Shown here: one piece after another, positions 17,758-27,300 of the stretch
How the letters are laid out: every line of letters starts with the position of its first letter
How positions within the stretch are numbered: position 1 is the first letter of the stretch
Program-made: the position numbers and the translations under genes
Source: Vibrio alginolyticus NBRC 15630 = ATCC 17749
GTDB taxonomy: Bacteria > Pseudomonadota > Gammaproteobacteria > Enterobacterales > Vibrionaceae
Direction: 5' to 3'
Assembly (NCBI RefSeq): GCF_000354175.2
Contig: NC_022349.1
Coordinates: 480,001 to 512,000, forward strand
DNA: 32,000 nt
The notes under the pieces: generated by a model
The model's database searches: none
Told to the model about the DNA's origin: nothing
What the model saw: only the letters and a program-made list of their open reading frames with translations

Positions 17758-19275
17758 CTAGTTTCTAGGTTGCTGTGTCATTGTTTCTACCACTTTTTCA
17801 ATACTTAACGAGCTACCTTTCGTGGCAGGGAACTCCTTGAATGTCTCTAGGAACTTACGCACGATAGCTTGAGCAGGAACGAACATCCACATTTGATCAG
17901 CGTAAAAATGTCTGACGTAAAGTGCTGCATCTGGACCGACCTCAAATGGATCCATACGAAGGTTTACAATCAAAGGCCAACTAGGTGTTTTGCGGTATGC
18001 CTCATTAATGGCACCTTCCATAATACTGAAGTGGATCTTCCAGTCTTTATAACGAACGGCGTTTAAATTACCACCAGCATCGAAGTAAAAGATTTCTTTG
18101 CGTGCGCCTTCGTCAGCTTTACCAGTCAGCAGATCAAGTTGGTTGTAGCCATCTAAATGTGCTTTAAAGGTTTTGCCCGCTGCTTTATGACCCTTCAATA
18201 GTTTTTCTTTCACATCTGGTTCGCCCACAGCTGCGAGTATAGTTGGCATCCAGTCTTCTTGTGAAAAGATATCGTTGATAACCGTTCCTGGTTTAATGTT
18301 TCCAGGCCAGCGTACCATCATCGGAACGCGGAATCCGCCTTCCCAAGTCGTACCTTTTTCGCCCTTGAACGGTGTAGTACCACCATCTGGCCAGGTAAAT
18401 TTCTCAGCGCCATTATCAGTACTAAAAACAACAATGGTGTTATCTGCTACGCCTAGCTCTTCAAGTTTATCAAGCATGACACCTACTTGATCATCTAGGT
18501 CCATCATGCCATCGGCGTATAAGCCGTAACCTGACTTCCCTTGATATTCTTCACTCAAATGTGTCCAGACGTGCATACGGGTTGAGTTATGCCAAATAAA
18601 GAATGGTTTGTCTTCTTTTACTGCTTTTTCCATAAATGCCAAGCTAGCATCCATGAACTCTCGGTCTACGTTTTCCATACGCTTACGAGTAAGGGGACCA
18701 GTGTCCTCGATTTTGCCATCCGCAGTCGCCTTCAACACGCCTCGAGGTCCGAATTTTTTACGAAACTCTGGATCTTTTGGATAAAACTCAGACTCAGGCT
18801 CTTCTTCCGCGTTTAAATGGTATAGGTTACCAAAGAACTCATCAAACCCATGGTTAGTTGGTAGGTGCTCATCTTGATCACCAAGGTGGTTTTTACCAAA
18901 CTGACCAGACACATAGCCGTGATTTTTAAGTAACTCTGCGATAGTAGGATCTTTCGATTGAATACCCTCTTTTGCGCCGGGCATACCAATAGTCAATAGA
19001 CCGGTACGAAACGGATGTTGACCCAGAATAAATGAGGCTCGTCCGGCAGTACAACTCTGTTGTGCGTAAGCGTCTGTGAAAATGGCACCTTCATTGGCGA
19101 TTTTATCAATGTTAGGAGTCTTCCCTCCCATCATACCATTGTGATACGCACTAATGTTGTATACACCTACATCGTCACCCCAGAACACAAGGATGTTGGG
19201 CTTATCGGCAGCAAAGGCTGTGGACGCAGCTAATGTACCGACCAATGCCATTACCTTTTTAATCGAGTTTCGCAT
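17758..19275 (-). CDS. Secreted Cys-type sulfatase, paralogue 2
   Basis: 505 aa with signal peptide MRNSIKKVMALVGTLAASTAFAADKPNIL. The core is QQSCTAGRASFILG, with the Cys codon at 19051-19053. It is colinear with paralogue 1 and roughly two-thirds identical by eye. Confidence 0.9.
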   Translation of the reverse strand: MRNSIKKVMALVGTLAASTAFAADKPNILVFWGDDVGVYNISAYHNGMMGGKTPNIDKIANEGAIFTDAYAQQSCTAGRASFILGQHPFRTGLLTIGMPGAKEGIQSKDPTIAELLKNHGYVSGQFGKNHLGDQDEHLPTNHGFDEFFGNLYHLNAEEEPESEFYPKDPEFRKKFGPRGVLKATADGKIEDTGPLTRKRMENVDREFMDASLAFMEKAVKEDKPFFIWHNSTRMHVWTHLSEEYQGKSGYGLYADGMMDLDDQVGVMLDKLEELGVADNTIVVFSTDNGAEKFTWPDGGTTPFKGEKGTTWEGGFRVPMMVRWPGNIKPGTVINDIFSQEDWMPTILAAVGEPDVKEKLLKGHKAAGKTFKAHLDGYNQLDLLTGKADEGARKEIFYFDAGGNLNAVRYKDWKIHFSIMEGAINEAYRKTPSWPLIVNLRMDPFEVGPDAALYVRHFYADQMWMFVPAQAIVRKFLETFKEFPATKGSSLSIEKVVETMTQQPRN

Positions 19276-19522
19276 GAAAATCCTCCGCGATAAATGAATC
19301 CATTATCGTTATATAACGTTACTAATTGTGTTCATCATGGCGAAGTCGAGTGAGATGACACCAAATGAGACAATGTAGTCAGTTGAATATAGTAGAGGTT
19401 TTTTGTTGCTTCCAAGTAATCCCTGTTTTTCAAAAATGTTAACTAACATGGACTAGACTTTAGTGTGTTTTAAGTGTGATAAGACGCACTTACAGGATTG
19501 AATTTCAATGAAAGGCGACACT

Positions 19523-20948
19523 ATGAAAAATAAACTAGCAACTATCCTGTTTCTATGTATCCCGTTAGAAGTGGTTGCGGAAGAGACACCAAATGTCGTG
19601 GTAATGTTGGTTGATAACCTTGGGTGGGGGGAACTAAGTTCCTATGGGAGTACCAGAGGTGTTGAAACTAAAAACTTAGATCAACTTGCTAGAGAAGGTG
19701 TACGCCTTACTAATTTTAATGTGGAACCGCAATGCACGCCAACTCGCTCCTCATTCATGACGGGGAGGCGAGCGCTTAGATCTGGGACAGATAAGGTTGT
19801 TTGGGGAGTGCCTTACGGTATGGTGAACTGGGAGATAACCATTGCAGAGAAGTTTAAGGAACAAGGATATAACACGAGCCTTTACGGGAAATGGCATTTG
19901 GGAGACCAAAAAGGGCGCTTTCCAACGGATCAAGGCTTTGATGAATGGTATGGCATTGCAAATACGACGGATGAGTCAGAATATAGCTCTCAACCCGGTT
20001 ATAAAGCTATATTACCTAAACCTCAAATCCTTTCAGCTAGAGCAGGGCAGGATCCTAAAGGGGTCAAAGAATATAATTTGGACTCACGTAGAACGATTGA
20101 CAGTGAGCTAGTTGAACATGCCACAGATTTTATAAATCGAAATGTGAAAGAGAATAAGCCATTTTTCTCTGTAATTACTTTTACTCAACCACATTTACCG
20201 ACGCTACCTCATCCTGATTTTATTGGTAAAACAGGCAAAGGAAATTACTCAGATGTGTTAGCTGAGATAGATTTTCGAGCTGGGCAAGTTATTGGTGCAA
20301 TAGAAAAAGCAGGAATTAAAGACAATGCACTAGTGATTTGGTTTTCTGACAACGGTCCAGAGTGGCATATGCCATAGCGGACCATGGCGTGGTGCGTACT
20401 TTACGGCTCTTGAAGGCTCTCTCCGAACACCATTTATTGCCTCTTGGCCTAACCACATCAAACCGGGCAGAGTGAGTGATGAAATTATCCATGTTGTGGA
20501 TCTATTTGCCTCACTTTCTCATGTCGGTGGATACAAATTACCAAGCGATAGAACAATAGATAGTATTGATCAGTGGGCCTTTTTAAAGGGAGATAGTGAA
20601 AAGTCTAATCGAGATGGTTTCATCGTTAACAATGGATCTGAAACCTACGCTTATAAGTGGGAAAATTACAAGATGCACTTTATTGATCAAGATATCATGC
20701 CGGAGAAAGGGCGCCCATTACAGATCCCTGAAATATACAATTTGATTGATGACCCTAAAGAGGAGTTTGATTTAAGAAATAATGCCACATGGTTATTTCC
20801 TATCATGATAGGAAAGAGAGTAAAGTTTGAATCTTCCGTTTCAACAAGCTGCGATACGATTCCTTTCCCTGCTCCATTTGGATATGAGCCCGATTGTAGC
20901 AAGGGGAATTTCAATCAATTTCCAGTGGATGGATTACGCCAGAAGTAG
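19523..20948 (+). pseudogene. Frameshifted Cys-type sulfatase (paralogue 3)
   Basis: The N-terminal ORF (to the TAG at 20375-20377) carries a signal peptide and the canonical core EPQCTPTRSSFMTGRR (Cys codon 19733-19735), and ends ...FSDNGPEWHMP*. The conserved C-terminal half (HSGPWRGAYFTALEGSLRTPFIASWPNHIKPG...VVDLFASL) continues in a different frame that opens at 20337. The start could also be the ATG at 19508. Confidence 0.8.
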
Positions 20949-21100
20949 TTTACCCCAATGGCTCTTTCTCGCATACATGAGGTATGTTTTTGGTTCAATA
21001 TCTCATTAGAGCCATTTAGGGCCATGTTTTTTCTAGTTTCATTTGAACAGTCATATTCGTCGACCATACTTAAAGTTCGTTGTTTCATATGGGGCGAATT

Positions 21101-22360
21101 ATGCAGCCAATACTCTACATTCAAATCGGTAATGTTCTTTGGGCGGTTTTAAGTGACGGTTCTTGGATCCAAATGTTGCCCAACGAACAATTAGTTCCAG
21201 AAGTAGAGGTGGTTGTTCTTAATACTGACATTCTCGATATTGCATTTAATGAAGATACAACAAGTGAGGATGAATCGAGTTCGAATGATCTTTTAATTGC
21301 ATCTCAAAACGGTATTGAATCCACTTTTAATCAGAGCGTTCGAGATTTTAGTGAGTCTTCTGGTGGGTTAAGTTTTGTTGCCTATATTCGCGCTGTTTTA
21401 CCTGAGCAACTCGTTTCTAATGGCTATGTTACTAGGCCAGCAGTGCAAGAAAGAGAGAACCCAACTTCTGAGACTCAGGCTCCTGAGCGGTTGAATCCCG
21501 ATGCTATATTAACGGTGGATATTCTTGATGGCGGCGATGGATACGAAAACCAGTTTGAAGTTCCTAGTGTCACGATTCAAGGTGACGCACTCAAGATAAG
21601 CGATGAGTGGCTTGTTACTATCACCATTACCGATAGCCTCAATAATTCTATTACTGTTACAACGACCGTAGAGAACGAGTCTTATACCCTATCAGGCGTT
21701 GATCTGTCTTCTCTTGCCGAAGGGCCGCTTACGGTGACTTCTGTGGTTTCTGACATTTATGGCAATAACCTGAACGCCGTCGATACGACCATTAAAGATA
21801 CGCTTGCAACGGTGAACGTCAATTTTGATGGTGGAGGGGATGAGTATTTAAATCAGTACGAAATCGCGACTACTCGCCTCGAAGGGACGATTGAAAACAT
21901 TGAAGATGGCCAGCGTATCCAAGTTACGGTAACCGACTCGTTAGGAGCGGTCATAAACTTAGAAACGGTGGTGACTGGTGGAAGTTGGTCTCTGGACGAC
22001 GTTGACCTTTCTGGATTGTCTGAAGGTACGCTGACAGTTGTTGCTGAGAGTATTGATATAGCGGGCAACCCTACAACCAGTGAAAACACCATCATCAAAG
22101 ATACGCTCGCAAGTGTGACGGTGGACGTTGACGATGGCGGAGACGGCTATTTAAACATTGAAGAGCGCCAATCTGTCACTTTGTCAGGGCAAGTCAGTGA
22201 TGTTGAAAATGGTCAGACGGTTTCTGTCACGGTTCAAGACAGCTTGGGGGTGATGCTCTCGTTCAATACCGTTGTCGTTGATGGTATGTGGCAAGTCGAA
22301 GGGGCGAACTTATCCACGTTAGCCGATGGGGCGTTTAACCGTATCTGCCTCCGTGAATGA
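21101..22360 (+). CDS. Giant repeat adhesin, N-terminal fragment (truncated by a 1-nt insertion)
   Basis: Starts MQPILYIQIGNVLWAVLSDGSW... (TTG 21080 or ATG 21089 are also possible). After ~140 aa come ~100-aa Ig-like repeats (DGGDGY...V.V.DS.G....V..G.W....LS.L.EG.LTV). The frame ends 8 codons after an extra T (TTT 22334-22336) that is absent from the near-identical copy (TT 25173-25174). Confidence 0.8.
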   Translation: MQPILYIQIGNVLWAVLSDGSWIQMLPNEQLVPEVEVVVLNTDILDIAFNEDTTSEDESSSNDLLIASQNGIESTFNQSVRDFSESSGGLSFVAYIRAVLPEQLVSNGYVTRPAVQERENPTSETQAPERLNPDAILTVDILDGGDGYENQFEVPSVTIQGDALKISDEWLVTITITDSLNNSITVTTTVENESYTLSGVDLSSLAEGPLTVTSVVSDIYGNNLNAVDTTIKDTLATVNVNFDGGGDEYLNQYEIATTRLEGTIENIEDGQRIQVTVTDSLGAVINLETVVTGGSWSLDDVDLSGLSEGTLTVVAESIDIAGNPTTSENTIIKDTLASVTVDVDDGGDGYLNIEERQSVTLSGQVSDVENGQTVSVTVQDSLGVMLSFNTVVVDGMWQVEGANLSTLADGAFNRICLRE

Positions 22361-24337
22361 TGTGGCGGGCAACCAAGCGAAAGCGATGGATGAGGCTACG
22401 ACCATAGATGCCACTGCTCCCACCATTGATATCGATACGGATTTTTATATTAGCGGTGGTCTTGCCATTGATGATTTCCGTGAGGGTATAGTCACGGAAA
22501 TGAGAGGGACAACCAGTGGTGTAGAGCAAGGTTTGGCAGTGACGATTCGGGTAAGTGACGGAGACAGCACGCTGAATTTTACTGGCCTCGTTGATGCATC
22601 AGGTTCGTGGACAGTAACCGGAATTGACGTAAACACTCTCAATCTAAACAACACGTGGACCATTGAAGCAGAAGTGTTGGATGCCGCCGGCAACCACGTG
22701 GTCGATACCATGCCGACAATAGTGCTACCCGGTTCAACGGTATTTTCTGAAAACATCGTTGGATTTTTTGGTGAGCAAAGCAGCTCGGCAGCCATCAACA
22801 TAGAAAATGGTGTGCCAGCACTGCATGCAGAGCAACCAAGTTTGAGCGCGCTTACATCGGTCGGTCAATCTATAAATGTTGTTGTTGCAGAAGATGGGTT
22901 GAGCTTACAAGGAACATCGACTGACGACCGATTAGTTTTCTCAGCAGAAGTCAATGATGATGGTACGGTTCAAATTACTTTTTATGAAGCGATTGATCAT
23001 GGTGTAGGTCAAGATGAGCTGGTGACTAACGTATTGGTTGAAAGCATTCAAAGTGATGCTGACGGCACACAAGAGGCTGTTGTGGCTCCCCTAGAAATCG
23101 CCATCCTTGATGCCGATCCAGTGATCGAAAATGAGTCATATAGTGTAACCGAAGGCCAAGTCATTTCTGGCAATGTACTGGAGAATGACATTGATATTGA
23201 TGGTGACTTGTACATTCGATATGTCAGAGCCGGAGGAGAGATCCAGTCTGTCCCTGATGGTGGCTCAGTAAGTTTTAGTCTAGAGAAGGGTGAATTAACC
23301 GTATTTTCAGATGGCTCTTGGCAGTTGAATGCCAGTCGCAACTTAGATCACACGGTTGAGCAAAGTCTCGTTTTTGATTATCTCGCAGCCGATGATTCAA
23401 AAGATTACGGTGTAGCAACCGCAACTATCGACATTATAGATGGCCAAGCGGGTTATGTAGGCAGCGCTACTATAAACGCAGCAGAAGTACCTCTGGGAGA
23501 GGCATTATTAACCACCGAAGGCAGTGTTAATGTGATTGCTGGCTCTGATAACCCTGATCCGACTAGTTTGTATTTTGGTGGGGCATCCATTACTAAGTTA
23601 GAGGCATTAGGGCTTACAAGCTCAGTCTCTGATAATGAGCTTAGCTACACGTTAAGTTCCAGTGGAAAGCAAATCACAGCATTTGCCAATGGTGTCACTG
23701 TATTTACGTTAACATTGAGTGGCATTGAGTCGGGTAACGATGTACTAGCTTCAATCTCGCTTACTCTTGATCATCCTATCGATCAATTCAATAGTAGTGA
23801 TACGGTCACTTTCCCGCTGACCATTGGAGGGACAGATCTAGACTCCACACCGCTTGTAGAGAACGAAATTGATTTCGTGTTGAAAGATGGTGTTGATCCT
23901 ACGTTGAGCAACTTGACTGTTGTTGCAATGGAGGAGATTAATCTAGAAAGTGGGGCAATCTTTAAAACTGGGAGCCTTCAACTCGATATCGGGAGTGATT
24001 ATGTTGACTCTCTTCGATTTAGCGAATTTAACCAGCCCACATTAGTGAGTAGTGAAAGTGAGTTGCTTTACCGTCTGTCTGATGACGGTACGACAATTAC
24101 TGGCTATATCTTAGAAGGTGGGGTGGAAGTAAATATTTTTCAATCGAAACTATTATCCACATTACCTTTAGAGTCAAGTAGTGAAATAGAGTATTCCTTT
24201 GAATTATATCGCTCTTTCGATCTGTCAAAAGATCAAATCCTGGATATACCATTGTTAGTTAATGCAACAGATTCAGACGGTGACACCACCTCGGTAACAT
24301 TGGATATTACCTTAGAGGCAATAGAAGGTTTGAACGA
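21499..24337 (+). repeat. Tandem duplication unit 1 (2839 bp, includes the extra T)
   Basis: Aligns to 24338-27175 at an offset of 2839 before 22334 and 2838 after it. The minus-strand shadow ORFs are duplicated at the same offsets (21853/24692, 22335/25173, 22445/25283). Confidence 0.9.
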
Positions 24338-27300
24338 TGATGCCTCTTTAACAGTAGATATTCTTGATGGCGGTGATGGATACGAAAACCAGTTTGAAGT
24401 TCCTAGTGTCACGATTCAAGGTGACGCACTCAAGATAAGCGATGAGTGGCTTGTTATTATCACCATTACCGACAGCCTCAATAATTCTATTACTGTTACA
24501 ACGACCGTAGAGAACGAGGCTTATACCCTATCAGGCGTTGATCTGTCTTCTCTTGCCGAAGGGCCGCTTACGGTGACTTCTGTGGTTTCTGACATTTATG
24601 GCAATAACCTGAACGCCGTCGATACGACCATTAAAGATACGCTTGCAACGGTGAACGTCAATTTTGATGGTGGAGGGGATGAGTATTTAAATCAGTACGA
24701 AATCGCGACTACTCGCCTCGAAGGGACGATTGAAAACATTGAAGATGGCCAGCGTATCCAAGTTACGGTAACCGACTCGTTAGGAGCGGTCATAAACTTA
24801 GAAACGGTGGTGACTGGTGGAAGTTGGTCTCTGGACGACGTTGACCTTTCTGGATTGTCTGAAGGTACGCTGACAGTTGTTGCTGAGAGTATAGATATAG
24901 CGGGCAACCCTGCAACCAGTGAAAACACCATCATCAAAGATACGCTCGCAAGTGTGACGGCGGACGTTGACGATGGCGGAGACGGCTATTTAAACATTGA
25001 AGAGCGCCAATCTGTCACTTTGTCAGGGCAAGTCAGTGATGTTGAAAATGGTCAGACGGTTTCTGTCACGGTTCAAGACAGCTTGGGGGTGATGCTCTCG
25101 TTCAATGCCGTTGTCGTTGATGGTATGTGGCAAGTCGAAGGGGCGAACTTATCCACGTTAGCCGATGGGGCGTTAACCGTATCTGCCTCCGTGAATGATG
25201 TGGCGGGCAACCAAGCGAAAGCGATGGATGAGGCTACGACCATAGATGCCACTGCTCCCACCATTGATATCGATACGGATTTTTATATTAGCGGTGGTCT
25301 TGCCATTGATGATTTCCGTGAGGGTATAGTCACGGAAATGAGAGGGACAACCAGTGGTGTAGAGCAAGGTTTGGCAGTGACGATTCGGGTAAGTGACGGA
25401 GACAGCACGCTGAATTTTACTGGCCTCGTTGATGCATCAGGTTCGTGGACAGTAACCGGAATTGACGTAAACACTCTCAATCTAAACAACACGTGGACCA
25501 TTGAAGCAGAAGTGTTGGATGCCGCCGGCAACCACGTGGTCGATACCATGCCGACAATAGTGCTACCCGGTTCAACGGTATTTTCTGAAAACATCGTTGG
25601 ATTTTTTGGTGAGCAAAGCTGCTCGGCAGCCATCAACATAGAAAATGGTGTGCCAGCACTGCATGCAGAGCAACCAAGTTTGAGTGCGCTTACATCGGTC
25701 GGTCAATCTATAAATGTTGTTGTTGCAGAAGATGGGTTGAGCTTACAAGGAACATCGACTGACGACCGATTAGTTTTCTCTGCAGAGGTCAATGATGATG
25801 GTACGGTTCAAATTACTTTTTATGAAGCGATTGATCATGGTGTAGGTCAAGATGAGCTGGTGACTAACGTATTGGTTGAAAGCATTCAAAGTGATGCTGA
25901 CGGTACACAAGAGACGGTTGTGGCACCGTTAACGATTACTATTTATGACTCTGATCCGGTGATTAGAGATGACACATACTCAGTCGCAGAAGATCAAACA
26001 ATTACGGGCAATCTACTTGAAAATGATATTGATCTTGATGGAACACTTTATGTGAAATTTGTAGAGGCTGGCGGGGAGCAGAAGTCAATTCTAGAGGGGG
26101 GATCCGTAAGTTTTAGTTTAGAAAAAGGCGAATTAACCGTATTTTCTGATGGCTCTTGGCAGTTTGATGCAGGTCGAAACCTAGATCATTCGGTCGAGCA
26201 AAGTGTTTCTTTCAGCTATTTAGCTGCAGATGACTCCCAAGACTATGGCTTGGCTAACGCGACGATTGATATTAGTGATGGACAAGCAGGTTACGTAGGC
26301 AATGCGACTATAGACGTAACAGAAGTCCCTTTGGATGGCCCGATATTGAACTCTGAAGGAACTGTTAATATTGTCGCGGGATCTGACAATCCGGATCCGA
26401 GTAGTTTGCATTTCGGTGGGTCATCTATTACTAAGTTAGAAGCATTAGGGCTTACAAGCTCAGTCTCTGATAATGAGCTTAGCTACACGTTAAGTTCCAG
26501 TGGAAAGCAAATTACAGCATTTGCGAATGGTGTCACTGTATTTACGTTAACGTTGAGTGGCGTTGAGTCGGGTAACGATGTATTAGCTTCAATTTCGCTT
26601 ACTCTTGAGCACCCTATCGATCAATTCAATAGCAGTGATACGGTCACTTTCCCGTTGACCATTGGTGGCGTAGATTTAGATGCCACACCGCTTGTAGAGA
26701 ATGAAATTGACTATGTTCTAAAGGATGGCGCAGACCCAACTTTAAATAATTTGAATGGGGTAGAAGTAAAAGAATCTGATCTCGCAAATGGAGGTGTGTT
26801 GAGCTCAGGGAATTTTCAAGTTGAGGTTGGCAGTGATTACCTCGAATCTTTGTCGTTCATCGTCTCTGAACAACCCTTGTTGACGAGTAGTGAACAAGTT
26901 GTGCTTTATCAAGTCTCTGCGGATGGCAAAACACTTGATGGTTATATTCTTGACGAAGATGGGCAAACTCAGATTCCCATCTTTCAAGCTATCCTCAATG
27001 CTTCTTTACCTATTGATGCAAATGGCGACATTACCTACTCCTTTGAGCTTTTTCAGGCTCTCGACCAACAAGAAAATACTGATCCAAACGTACCTCTCGT
27101 TGTTACTGCAATGGACTCAGACCAAGATAACACGTCGGTCGTTTTAGACATTAATGTGATAGATAACGACAATGGACAAGCGCTAATCAATAGTGGCAAT
27201 GTCGAGTTAACCGAAACACCTGTCGATACAAACATTGCTCCTGATGGGGTTTCAGCCATAGCGAATACGGATGTGATAGTTACGTCATCATTCGATCCGA

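Noticed and set aside
20915-21152. Small ORFs (69 aa on the minus strand, 64 aa and 60 aa on the plus strand) in the gap between the sulfatase pseudogene and the adhesin.
   Set aside because: They overlap one another, lack SD sequences and have odd composition. The region is more likely the adhesin promoter and leader.
22334-22336. Phase variation by slipped-strand mispairing at the T-tract that causes the adhesin frameshift.
   Set aside because: The tract is only TT versus TTT, far shorter than known contingency-locus homopolymers. A sequencing error or a simple mutation is more likely.
21853-25639. Minus-strand ORFs of 60-118 aa inside the adhesin gene (21853-22098, 22335-22529, 22445-22801, 23048-23341, 24692-24937, 25173-25367, 25283-25639, and similar ones further on).
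   Set aside because: They are antisense shadows of a strongly coding, repeat-rich plus-strand frame. Their duplication only mirrors the 2838-bp repeat.
21499-27175. The possibility that the large direct repeats are a CRISPR array, or a mobile element with terminal repeats.
   Set aside because: The repeat units are 2.8 kb, contiguous, in-frame and protein-coding throughout. There is no short repeat-spacer periodicity and no transposase.
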